Assembly: GCA_951406725.2 (NCBI GenBank)
Contig: OX597830.1
Coordinates: 54,808,001 to 54,872,000 of the forward strand
Source: Octopus vulgaris
Lineage: Eukaryota
DNA: 64,000 nucleotides
Direction: 5' to 3'
The notes under the pieces were generated by a model. It saw only the letters and a program-made list of their open reading frames with translations. It was not told the DNA's origin and did not search any database. Positions 26,311 through 38,963 of this stretch are shown piece by piece; the stretch's first letter is position 1, and the number at the start of each line of letters is the position of its first letter. The position numbers and the translations under genes were made by a program.

Positions 26311-26749
26311 GTATATTGTATATACACATATACACATCTATACATACATAATATTTCTTTTCACTTATATTACAGAGAGAACAAAAAAAGAGAGAGAGAG
26401 AGAGAGAGACAGAGAGAGAGAGGTGGGTGGGTGGAAATTGATAAGGGGAGAAGGGAGAGAAAGAGAGTGAGAAAGAAAGTACAGAGGGACTAATAGGAAG
26501 CAGAAGAAAGAAAGACTGCAAAAAATAGACACACACACGCACACACACACATACACACACGCACACACACACACACACACGCACACACATATGTAATGGC
26601 TAATCTTTAAGGTCACAGACTGACATTTCTGGTTAATAATGGCTTCTATTCATTTCCAGAATCACTTCTGTAATATAACCAGGGGAGTCTTTTATATATT
26701 TGTGGAGGTTTTTAGTTTATCACCATCATTATCATCATCATCACCACCA

Positions 26750-26788
<39 letters not shown>

Positions 26789-27374
26789 TTGATACTATTA
26801 TCATTACCATCATCAACACCATCACCATCACCATCACCACCACTACTATCATGAGCATCATCATCATCATCGTTGATGTCATCATCATAATTATCTCATT
26901 ATCATCATTATCATCGTCGTCGTCGTCATCATCATCAACATCATCATTATCATCACCATCATCGTTATTCAACATCCTCCTCCTCCTCCTCCTTCATTTC
27001 TTCTTCCTAGTCGACTGCCTGCCAACAACAACAGCAACAACATCACCAATAAGCATAATTGTTTCTAGAATTGGCACAATGCCTGAAATGTGTAGGAAGA
27101 ATGGTTTCAATCCAATTCTTTATTTCATCAAACCCAGAGAGATGAAATTCAAAATCGACCTCAGCGCAAGCGGAACTCAGAATGCAGCGAGTTGGAACAA
27201 GTTTCTGGAATAATAAGTGAAATGCCTTATCATATTTCTTCCAATTCCTTAACTTCAGAGTTCAAATCATGCTAAGGTGAAATTTGCCTCTCCAGCCTTA
27301 GAATATTTGTAACTGTTTTGTACAGAAATTATGTCATCTCAATATGTTTATATAGTTTAAAACAAAGTTTTTAT

Positions 27375-27610
27375 CTCTGCCTCGTGACCCCAGCAGACAA
27401 AATGGAAAAGGTATAGTCCCAGAGGATGATGAGGGAGATGTGCTGGAACAGCCACTCTAACTCATGGGGATCACACTTGCAAACAGCTATCTCTGCTTCA
27501 ATATCGGTGAGCAGGGACATGGTCCAAGGGCCAAGAACGCCAGTGGTCTCCACTGCCACTGGTTTGACTATAAACCTGTCAAAGAGTGGCCGATACCTTT
27601 TCATCATTAT
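27375..27610 (-). pseudogene. CRE-like non-LTR retrotransposon RLE C-terminal fragment
   Basis: KRYRPL…FIVKPVAVETTGVLGP…ELEWLFQHISLII…SIL matches the K..Y…P.AVET.G…WL.QRIS pattern. Confidence 0.65.
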
Positions 27611-27984
27611 GGAGTTGATAAAATCAGTACCAGTTTAGTACAAGAGTTGATGGTCTTGACCAACCTTCTCCCGTCAAAACTGTTGGCTTTGTGCCTAATT
27701 AAGAAACCGTAATTAAAAGCTGGTAGAATCATTAGCACATCAGAGAAAATGCTTAGCAGCAGCAATTCTTCCAGTTACATACATTTTGAGTTCAAATTCC
27801 ACTAAAGCTGCATTTGCCTCACATCCATTCAGGAGCAATAAAATAAATACCAGTTGAACACTGGGGTCGATATAACTGACTTCCCCTCACCTCAATGTTA
27901 CTGGCCTTGAACCAAAATTTGAAAGAATTATTATTATTATTATTATTATTATTACATTTTTCCGGGGTTGATGAAATAAGTACC

Positions 27985-28095
27985 TTACAGGGACATAAAC
28001 ACACCAGCACCGGTTGTCAAGCGATGTTAGGGGGATAAACACAGACACACAAACATATACACACACACACATACATACATACATACATACATACA

Positions 28096-28131
<36 letters not shown>

Positions 28132-28313
28132 TATATAAATACATATATACAATAGGCTTCTTTCAGTTTTCGTCTACCAAATCCACTCACAAGGCTTTGG
28201 TCGGCCCGAGGCTAAAGTAGAAGACACTTGCCCAAGGTGCCAAGCAGTGCGACTGAACCCAGAACCATGTGGTTCATAAGCAAGCTACTTACCACACAGC
28301 CACTCCTGCGCCT
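27985..28313 (-). mobile_element. SINE family A, 3'-truncated
   Basis: Head at 28313; internal (ATAC)n. Confidence 0.75.
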
Positions 28314-29317
28314 ATCAATATATTTATTTCTAGAAACCTTGGCTGCTGTTTAAGACGATCTGGTGTAGTTTCCTCATTGATTTTCCATACGAGTGATTTG
28401 AGTTTCTGGATGGTTGTTTGACCTGCTAAAACCAGCTGCCAGATCTTCCTCAAAATCATGTCCTACCATCTTAGATATGGAGGAATATAGAGAACAATAT
28501 AGTACCAGATATATTAAAAGACAACTGGGATATCTTTGACCTTGTGTCCACTCATGTAGGAGTGACATAAAACTAAGCAATGACAGCAGTAACAACGACA
28601 ATAAACACTAAGTTCCTTCATACTGCAAAGATGGTAAACCTGGTAAATTTAGAATTCTTTTCTCACTGTTTTTTTTTTATCTATTTTGTATTTTGGCGTT
28701 TGTTTTGGATATTTGTAATTTTGTATTTGTTGTATATTTCAATAGATTTTCTTTAGTGGTGGAGTTGGGGGTGAGAGAAAGTTGTGGTGGGAGCGGAGCC
28801 AGTTGAGGTGAGATGTAGGGGGAGATGTGGGGGTGGTATGTTTACTTAGAGCTGGGTGTCGGTTTCACTCTGGCAATAACCCCACCACTACCACCAACAC
28901 CACACCCTGCCTCAGAAAATACACACAGCCATACCTAAACACAATGCTGCATGCATACATACATATACATACATGCACACACATTTATACACACATATAC
29001 ACTAATACAAGTACATACATAAATATGCATGTTCATGGGAATGTCTTTTTGTTCTCCAAAAGTAAAATACATACATAGATATCTACACACACACACACAC
29101 ATGCACATGCATACGCGCACACATGCATATATATATTTATGCTTATATATGTATGTATGTATATATATATATATACACACGCACATATATGTATGTATAT
29201 ATGTATATGTATATATGTTTATGTGTGTGTGTATATATATGCATGTGTGTGTGTGTATATATACATACACATATACACATACACATGTTGTCATACATAA
29301 TTGCATCAACGTCTGTG

Positions 29318-29362
<45 letters not shown>

Positions 29363-31580
29363 ACGTGTAGTTTTTTTCTGTAAATGCACCATCTCCTACT
29401 GTTACTTTAGGGAAAGATTATCTGGCATAAGGAATGTCATCAAACACCCACGGTCCTGTTTCTCTCACGCTACCCTGGTACCAATTGTGTAATGCTGTGT
29501 ACATTAAATTTGTACACTAACTTTCTTTAGAAGCTTACTGGGGGTGAATGACAACATTCTTGTGGGTTTGCAGGAAGGAGTACAGACAGAAACATTCAAC
29601 ATAGACAGATATCAATTTGGATGGTCGGTTCTGGAAGGTTTCAGCCCAAGAACTGTAAATTATCATCATTATTGTCGTCATTGTCGTCATCGTCGTCGTC
29701 ATCGTCATCATCATCTGTTTTCCATTATTTCTTATTTCTTTATTGCCCACAAGGGGACAAACATAGAGGGGACAAACAAGGACATACAAAGGGATTAAGC
29801 TGATTAGATCGACCCCAGTGCATAACTGGTACTTAATTTATCTACCTCGAAAGGATGAAAGGCAAAGTTGACCTCGGCGGAATTTGAACTCAGAACATAA
29901 CGGCAGACCAAATACCGCTAAGCATTTCACCTGGCGTGCTAATGTTTCTGCCAGCTTGCCGCCTTTTCCCTGTTTTCCATTATGGCATGGGGTTGATGGT
30001 TCAACAGGAGCTGGCAAAGCCAAGATCTGCACCAGGTTCCATAGTCTATTTTGGTTTGGTTTCTTCAGCTGAATGCTCCCTTCCTAACACTTTACAGAGT
30101 GTACTGGGTGTTTTTTCCATGGCACCTTCACCAGCGCATTTTACATGGCACCAGCACCAGTGCTTTTTAGATTTTTACATGGTACTCTGGACTGGCAATA
30201 CCAGCAAGGGGCATTACTAGTTTAAAATAAACTCAGAAAGGAGGGAAACACTAACAGCTGAGCTTATCTGAGGTAGCATAAATTGAAAGATGGGCATAGG
30301 TGAGGGCATATGGATGGTCAACTCCAGGCACTGCTTTCATGAGGGCAGCACTTTTGGGTCTACTAAATAAATCTGTAATTGGGACCGGGAAGAAAGAGGG
30401 TGGAACAAGCTTAAGGGCAGCTCTGTAACTACACCACGGCTTATCTGAAATATGTGCAGAACCATGAAACTCTTCTGTATGCACTCATTTAGGGTCTGAG
30501 CATGATTGAGTTTTGAGGTCTTGATGAACAGTCTGGCAACAGGACTTTTTACCATGCCACACAAGCAGGAGAACCCAGTCATGGCTATCAGACAATTTCT
30601 GTGACCACATCACCTGTAACATCTGGCCACCTAATTCCCCAGACTGCAACCCCCTTGATTATTATGTGTGGGGCACAGTTGAGTGAGAAACCAACAAAAC
30701 TCCTAGTAACACTAAAGATCAACTGGCGATTTTATTGAATAAATTTACTCTTTTGTATTTCAAGATATTTTCATGTAATTTTGGTAAATATATCTGTTAA
30801 AATGAGATGTCAATGTTATTTCCATTTTTGCATAATTTAGATGACAGTTTATTCATCACACTCTGTATACATGTGTATATATATATAATTAATAAAAAAA
30901 AAAAACAGAGAAAAAAGCAAAAGAACAACATGAGTATGCGGGGGATGTGGTACATGCAAAATATTAATAAGCCTTTCAGGGAAGAAAAGAAAAGGTGTTT
31001 TATGCTTCAAGCAAAGTTCTTCTTCAGAAACAAGAAACAGAGGAAAGTCAAAAAGTAAAGGAAGATGGGGAAAAAATTCGCCAACAATCCACATGTACTT
31101 ACATTATGGAATGAATGGAAGTAGATGAACAAAGAGAAAGTGCTTTCTAAGAGTGTAAAGAAAGGTGGTGGTGGTGGTGGTGGTGGTGTGTGTGTGGTGG
31201 TGGTGGTGTGTGTGTGGTGGTAGTGGTATGTGCATGTGATACCTTGTATGTGTGTGTGTGTATGCATGTGGTGGTAACTCTGAGTGTGTGTGTGTTCCCG
31301 GTATTAACTGTTTATCTGTGTATTTGGGAGTGATCTATGTGTTTTTTTAATGTAAGAGGTCAGCAGCTAGGGTAACAGGTGTGGTTATTTTTGTGTAGTT
31401 CTGTGTTTTTGCATAGATGAGATGGTCTGTGGTAGGGTGTTTGAGAGGCAGTCTGAAGGGTGTGTGAATGGATGGGTGTGGATGTGAGTGTGTATATATA
31501 TTTAAATATACACGCACACACACATATATATATACTTATGTATACATGCACACACAGAAACACCCCCACATACACACACA

Positions 31581-32070
31581 CTAGGGCGTTTGGAAAGTAG
31601 TTGCATTTTTCCACTATGAAATATGAATCAATCAATCATGCCAGAGCCAAGGCGGAATGGGTGGAAACTGTTTAGAAATACTCTATCATTTCTTCTATCT
31701 AGTGGTTTGTCATTCATAGTTATTTTGGTAATTAACCCCATGGAGGATAAGAGCTTTATGAGACAACATTTTGGCTGTTGCTTACTGCATGTGTTTCAGA
31801 AGAAAAGTACTGTTATAGAAGCAATCAAAAACACTTGTGCTGTGTATCTGGATGCAGTGAAAACTCATACATGTCAGCTGTGGTTTAAAAGGTTTAAAGA
31901 TAGCATTTGTGCCATATCTGACAATCCTCACTCAAGAAGACAACCCACTGTGGATGACAACCTTTTGAAGGAGACTGTTGTATCAGATCTACATCAAAGC
32001 ATCAGAGATTTGGTTCAAAAATTTAATGTGTCATGTTCAATTATCCATGAAGATCTCAAGCAAGCAAATT
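31581..32070 (+). mobile_element. mariner transposon 5' fragment (HTH DNA-binding region)
   Basis: QHFGCCLLHVFQKKS…CQLWFKRFKD…SDNPHSRRQPTVDDNLLKETVVSD…IRDLVQKFNVSCSIIHEDLKQ. Confidence 0.8.
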
Positions 32071-32094
32071 GGGGGGGAAGATGATTTTTTGTAT

Positions 32095-32318
32095 ATGGCA
32101 AATGCTCAAGTGCTATAAACACAGAAAATATGCAGAGAACAGCCTCTGTCATATTCCAGGGACAAAAACTAGAAGTAGTTGATAGCTTCCGTTACCTAGG
32201 GGACCAAGTCAGTAGCAGGGGTGGATGCTCTGAAAGTATAGCTGCTAGAATAAGAATAGCCTGGGCAAAGTTCAGAGAGCTCCTACCTCTGCTGGTGACA
32301 AAGGGCCTCTCGCTCAGT
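32095..32318 (+). mobile_element. RTE-clade LINE internal fragment
   Basis: KLEVVDSFRYLGDQVSSRGGCSESIAARIRIAWAKFRELLPLLVTKGLSL, near-identical to 15585-15730. Confidence 0.85.
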
Positions 32319-32409
32319 ACAAATAAAGCTTCCAAATATATTTGCCATTGGTAGCTACATATAATATGATTTCATCCTTTTTTGGAATCATCGTCATGAC
32401 ATAACTCAA

Positions 32410-33680
32410 AACTCAGTCCCAATGTGTGGCACCTTGGGCAAGTGTCTTTTGCTATAGCCTCAGGCCAAACGAAGCCTCGTAAGTGGATTTGGTAGATGGA
32501 AACTGGAAATACGTGTTTGTGTCTTTGTGCTTTTGTTTGTCCACCACCACCACCACTTGATAACTGGTGCTGGTGTGTTTAAGTCCCTGTAACTTAGTGG
32601 TTTGGCAAAAAAGATCAACAGAATAAGTAACTGGCTTAAAAAATAATGAGTACTGGGGTCGATTTGTTCAACTAAAATTCTACAAGGTGATGCTTCAGCA
32701 TGGCCACAGTCTAATGACTGGAACAAGTAGAAAATATAAGTTATATAGGCACAGGCATGGCTGTGTGGTAAGAAGATTGCTTCCCAACCACATAGTTCCA
32801 GGTTCAGTCCCACTGCATGGCACCTTGTGCAAGTGTCTTCTACTATAGGCGCAGGAGTGGCTGTGTAGTAAGTAGCTTGCTTACGAACCACATGGTTCCG
32901 GGTTCAGTCTCACAGTGTGGCTCGTTGGGCAAGTGTCTTCTGCTATAGTCTCGGGTTGACCAAAGCCTTGTGAGTGGATTTAGTAGATGGAAACTGAAAG
33001 AAGCCCGTCGTATATATGTATATATATGTATGTGTATGTGTGTGTGTATATGTTTGTGTGTCTGTGTTTGTCCCCCAACATCGCTTGACAACCGATGCTG
33101 GTGCGTTTATGTCCCCGAAATTTAGCAGTTCGGCAAAAGAGACCAATAGAATAAGTACTAGGCTGACAAAAAATAAGTCCTGGGGTCAATTTGCTCGACT
33201 AAAGGCAGTGCTCCTGCATGGCCACAGTCAAATGACTGAAACAAGAAAAAAGAGTAAAAGAGTATAGCCTCAGGCCAACCAAAGCCTTGTGAGTGGATTT
33301 GGTAGATGGAAACTGAAAGAAGCCTATTGTGTATATATATTTATGTGTGTGTGTGTGTGTGTGCATCTCTGTGTTTGTGTTTTCCACCCACCATCACTTG
33401 ACAACCGATGCTGGTGCGTTTATGTCCCCGAAACTTAGCAGTTTGGCAAAAGAGACCAATAGAATAAGTACTAGGCTGACAAAGAATAAGTCCTGGGGTC
33501 ATTTTGTTTGACTAAAGGCAGTGCTTCAGCATGGCCACAGTGTTTCCACTCAGATTCTGTTTATCAAATTCACTCACAAGACATTGCTCAGCCCAGCATT
33601 ATAGTGGAGGAGACTTGCCCAAGGTCCCATGCTGTGGTAGTGAACCCAAAACCATATGATTTCAAATTGAGCTTCTTAAA
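32410..33680 (+). mobile_element. Cluster of tandem and nested family-A SINEs
   Basis: Copy 32848-33264 sits inside an older copy (32748-33540) at TATAG; a further copy precedes it. Confidence 0.75.
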
Positions 33681-34039
33681 TACAGCCATCCATTTTGTTA
33701 TTAAATATATTTCTCAGGCTGTGAAAATAAATAAACAAACAAACAAATAAATATAACAAAAATAGCACCACCCCCACCACTTCCCATAATAAAATGAAAA
33801 ATATGAATAAAATTTGAATATTTCCATCATAAACCAATGTTGCAGTTACAATTCTGTCTTCTTTTCTCTGTTTTTGTCTGTATTTATGCTTCTGTAGCTC
33901 CACCTCTCCACCCATTTCTTCATAACAAAACCAACCAACCAACCAGTCGACCGACTGACCAATTGACCAACCAGCCAACCAGCCGGCTAACTAGGTTCTA
34001 TAGACTCTTGTAACAGTCAAATGTACCAGTCTGTAATGC

Positions 34040-34715
34040 AAGGAATGACCAATAATAAGGGCTATGTACATACATAAGGTGAGCAAAAGTGTACATACAT
34101 TCATACATACATAGTCCCAGTGAAAACCTCAATAAAATGTAAACACAATAGACCTGACAGTAATTTGGGATGAGAAAAGAAACTGTGTGAAGCTGTGGAA
34201 ATCAGCTGCCCAGCGGATGTTAAAATAAAGCTGAAGATCAGCGATAAAGAGAATACCGTCATTGAACTCTTGAGGAATCTACAGCTACTATTTCCAGATT
34301 ACAAGTTCAGGTTTATACCCGTAATTATTGGGGCACTGAGATATGTAACACACTGCCTAAATACCAATTCTGAGAAATTAGGCTTCTCAAAACCAGAAAG
34401 GAGAAAGCTGATTTGAAGACTATAGATGCAAGCCATCACTGGAACTGTAAAAATCTGTAAAACTTTCCATAAGTTTATCAGTTAAGAATATATGAGCATG
34501 TCTAGAAATGCAACTGTATGCCTGAGAATACATACATAAAATAAGAGATACAAAACTGCACATCAACATACATACATACATACATACATACATACATACA
34601 TACAAAGATACTCTGTTGTTGATGTCGAAATTCCAATGAAGGAGCCTTGGATCTAGGTTAGAAACCATCTCTCTCTTTGTATTGGCAAGAAATCTTGAAA
34701 TAAAACTGAATGACA
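34040..34715 (+). mobile_element. R4/Dong-clade non-LTR retrotransposon 3' fragment (restriction-like endonuclease + 3' UTR)
   Basis: KCKHNRPD…VEISCPAD…FIPVIIGAL…ITGTVKICKTF. Confidence 0.75.
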
Positions 34716-34966
34716 TACAAACACACACACAGACACACATACGTGTGTGTGTGGGGGGAGTAAGTCTTATTTATTTGCACATGATGACACCCAATTCTCA
34801 GCCATTCTCATCTCTGAATTTCGACACAAGAAGACTTTTATGAAAATCGCACTGAAAGGCTGCTGATTTTCAGACAACACAAGAGAACGATGAAATTTCA
34901 CAATGAGAACTGTACACTACTCATGGATAGGTTCCCAAACTCAAGAAACTATATCAATATAGGCAT

Positions 34967-35039
34967 AGGCGTAGGAGTGGCTGTGAGGATTTGGTAGACG
35001 GAAACTGAAAGAAGCCCGTTGAATATATATACATATATG

Positions 35040-35112
<73 letters not shown>

Positions 35113-35392
35113 AAATTAGAGACAAAACCACTATTATGCAAATCAAAATATATATATATATATATATATGGGGGGCGGTATATGTTTGTCCCCCCAACAT
35201 TGCTTGACAACCGATGCTGGTGTGTTCATGTCCCCGTAGCTTAGTGGTTCAGCAAAGGAGATCGATAGAATAAGTACTAGGCTTACAAAGAATAAGTCCT
35301 GGGGTTGATTTGCTCGACTGAAGGCGGTGCTCCAGCATGGCCACAGTCAAATGACTGAAACAAGTAAAAGAGTAAAGAGAGTGAAAAGAGTA
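34967..35392 (+). mobile_element. SINE family A with internal deletion and expanded (TA)n
   Basis: Head joined directly to GGATTTGGTAGACGG; standard tail. Confidence 0.75.
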
Positions 35393-35650
35393 TATAGAGG
35401 TAACCGTTTTGAAGGAGAGAAGTCTGATTAATTTATGAAGGAAGCAATAAATTTGATTTTTTCATTTTTTGGGAAAATTTAGCTTATGTTGGTCCCACCC
35501 TGGGCTGATATTGTTACTTTTGATTCATTTCTGGTTGTTATTGTTGTTACTGCTGAGTTTGTTGTTATTGCTGTTGTTGTGGTTGCAATTATTGTTGCTT
35601 TTATTATTGTTGCAGTTGTTCTTACTGTTGTTGATGCTATTGCTGTTGCT

Positions 35651-36018
35651 GTTGAGCGAAGCAGTCTTCGTCCCAGAGCTTGCAGTGGGACAAGTCTGAA
35701 ACGTGGTCCTTTGCTGTTCATAAGACCCGCAGAAGAGAAACCAGGTCAACCCCTGCCACTGAGAGCATCGACGGATGGATGAATGCGCATCCAGGCTCAG
35801 CAGTTGCGTAGGAAGTCGGGGACAAGAAACAGGAAGAAAAAGTGAGAGAAAGTTGGGGCGAAAGAGTACAACAGGGGTCGGCACCACCCCCTGCCGGAGC
35901 CTCGTGGAGCTTTAGGTGTTTTTGCTCAATAAACACACACAACGCCCGGTCAGGGAATCGAAACCGCGATCTTCCGACCGTGAGTCCGCTGCCCTAACCA
36001 TTGGTCCATTGTGCCTCC
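35651..36018 (-). mobile_element. SINE family C (tRNA-derived) within (GTT)n-rich tract
   Basis: Head GGAGGCACAATGGACCAATGGTTAGGGCAGCGG…GGTTTCGATTCCC; matches 40745-41111 and 54410-54770. Confidence 0.82.
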
Positions 36019-36634
36019 ATTGTTGTTGCTGTTCTTATTGTTGTAAGTTTTGATGTTGTCATTGTTGCTTTTATTGTTGTTGCTGTTGTTGTTGTTGTTA
36101 TAAGTCATTATTGTTGTTGTTATTGTTGCTGTTATTGTTGTCATTATAGTTTCTGTCGCTGCTGTTGTTGTTGTTGTTGTTATTGTTGTAATTGCTGTTG
36201 TGGTTATTGTTATTGCTGTCATTATAGTTGTTGTTATTGTTGTTGTTGTTGTTGTCGCTATTGTTGTTGTTGCTGTTGTTATTGTTGCCATGGTGTAATC
36301 ATTGTTGTTGCTGATGTTTATAAAACCACAGTTCTATGGAGAGACACAGCTGTAGAATGAAGGATCATCCATCTATAAAATAACAATTAATCTGGTAATA
36401 TGCAAATTATCTGAATCAATATGCAAATTAGCTTAAGTTTGTAGAAACCATTCCGGTCGTGTTAACACATGTGTGGAAAAATTAGATATAAAAAACACAA
36501 AATACAAATCAATATTTATTTCACATTAGATAAGTATATTCATATACACACACTGACACACACATAGAAACACACACACACACATATATATGAATATATA
36601 TGCATCTGTATATGTGTATATATGTGTGCATATA

Positions 36635-36758
<124 letters not shown>

Positions 36759-37733
36759 GATAAACTCTGCTTGTGAAGACCCATTGAGGCAAGTGAGGAT
36801 CAGAATCGAAATCGATCAATGGAAATCGATCAATGGAAATTTGGAAAACGGACGCTAAATGATGATGATGATGATGATGATGATAGTTTTATATCTATAT
36901 TTAGTTTTGTGTTTATATTTATGTTTATATTTGATAAACAAAGTTTGTTGCTCGATTTACATTTTTGCAGCCTGCCCCTCCCCCCCCCCCATCCTTCTAA
37001 CACATGTATGGAAATTATGCTAAACTAATGTTGCTGTTCAGTTTATAATTAAATGGAAATATAAAACTTCCCGTGTTTATTCCTACATATCTTAATGTTA
37101 TTTTAAGAAATACAAAAAATACAAAAAAAAACAAAAAAAAAATAATACCAAAAAATACAAAAAGGAAAAATAGAAAGAAATTATGTATATTTAATAGCAA
37201 ATGAAGAATAATTCTACAATTTCTATATTTTCCTCTCACTGAATACTTATTTCCAATATTAATTTTAGGAAGCAACATTTTTTGTGTGGTCAACTAAATT
37301 TCAGTTATTTGAGATTTTAAGTAGTCTCCCTTGGCTGTTGGTGATAGATTTTATTCTTTTAGTACCAACCTGCTTGGTCCCATGATACAAACTTTCCATT
37401 TTAATGTGATCTAAATTAAAACTTCCTATTAAATTTTTTACTAAATTACATTCCAAATGCCAGCATAATGACGATAATGTCATTTTACTGAATTCTTTAT
37501 CGTTTTTCAGAATTAATCAAAAATCAGTATATTTAAAAGAAATATAGTAAAATGAGGGATAAAGCGATCCTAATTAAAATCTCTCATCAAAATTTCATAT
37601 TAATTTATGTTTCAAACACCAGCTTAATAATGACAAAAGTTATTTTACTAAATTCTTTATTATATTCAAAATGAATTGTAACGAAGGTAGTGTATCTCAG
37701 CAGAAACATGGTAACAAATCCTTATTCATATAA

Positions 37734-37764
<31 letters not shown>

Positions 37765-37963
37765 TGAGTAATTGAATGAGTTATCTTATTAAGGATAATT
37801 CGAAAGATAACCGATACCTGGGTAGCAAATTCACATCAGAATGAAGACAGTTGAAGCTACATCCCTAGGGCATAGACTACGTGTCTTTGTGCGGAAATTT
37901 GTATGTTTATTTTAAAATTATAAGTATATGAAAGAATGGAGTTGAACGACTAGTTAACAAATA

Positions 37964-38060
37964 TCCTTTATTCTCGACATATGTTTCAAAGGCTGCATAT
38001 TTCTAATTCCGAAGGAATAAGGAGTACATTATGCAGATTTCTCATCAGGAAAATCAAGGA
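37964..38060 (-). ncRNA. Type I hammerhead ribozyme (intact core)
   Basis: Minus strand: TCCTTGATTTTC-CTGATGA-stem II (GAA..CTGCATA/TATGCAG..TTT)-GAAA-C-ATAT-GTC-GAGAATAAAGGA. Stem I pairs 11 of 12 positions; stem III is the palindrome ACATATGT. Confidence 0.75.
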
Positions 38061-38190
38061 ACTTATGTCGACATCAAAATGCACAAAAAACTTTTAGCTG
38101 ACCGCTCTCAAGGGGCCCATGATTATCGCCATGGGCTCCTTGAGAGCGGTCAGCTAAAAGTTTATTGTGCATTTTGACGTCGACATAAGT

Positions 38191-38287
38191 TCCTTGATTT
38201 TCCTGATGTGAAATCTGCATAATGTACTCCTTATTCCTTCAGAATTAGAAATATGCAGCCTTCGAAACATATGTCGAGAATAAAGGA
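38191..38287 (+). ncRNA. Type I hammerhead ribozyme copy with core change CTGATGA>CTGATGT
   Basis: Mirror copy; GAAA 38264-38267, GTC 38273-38275; A9 replaced by U. Confidence 0.6.
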
Positions 38288-38317
38288 TATTTGTTAACTA
38301 GTCGTTCAACTCTATTC

Positions 38318-38371
<54 letters not shown>

Positions 38372-38963
38372 TCAAAGTGTGACTTAGAAACAATTACTGA
38401 AAAAAGGACAATGAAGTATGGAATGCCTTTTGTCAGCCATAAAGTCCAGAATCATCATAGTTTCAACACAATCAAAGTCCTAAAAATTTAATCCTCTGAT
38501 ACTACCCCACTGATTGTGCTAGCAATTATAAATATCACTGACATGATGATCGTTACAAAGCAAATGACTTTCAAGATTGAGGGTCAACAATATAAAAATG
38601 AGATAATATATACTACAGACAAATGAATGTAACAGAGGTCAATATAAAATCAATTGTAATCTTTCGACTGGGTACAGGAAGGCTCTCACACTCATATACA
38701 TATGCATACACCCTCACATACACACACACACACAAACACGCACACACTCACACACACACACATACACTGAAACACACATTAAGATCATTGTCAATGTTTC
38801 ATGTCTGCTTTTCCCTGTTGGCAATGTTGACATATTTTCAATGCTGAATCTTTTCACAAACCTCTTTAGTCCCCTCTGTTGCATACAAAGACATGGTGTA
38901 GCTATTCTTAAAATCACGGTACACATATTGATACTACATACATATATACACACATAAAAAATG

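Larger units (their letters stand above)
37763..38326. mobile_element. Penelope-like pseudo-LTR with inverted partial copy, in a (TA)n tract
   Basis: Palindrome 37925-38326 (197-bp arms, 8-nt spacer), a hammerhead fold in each arm, TA repeats on both flanks. Confidence 0.6.

Noticed and set aside
30240-30720. GC-richer unique-looking segment, possibly a retroelement 5' region
   Set aside because: No motif or fold I could verify.
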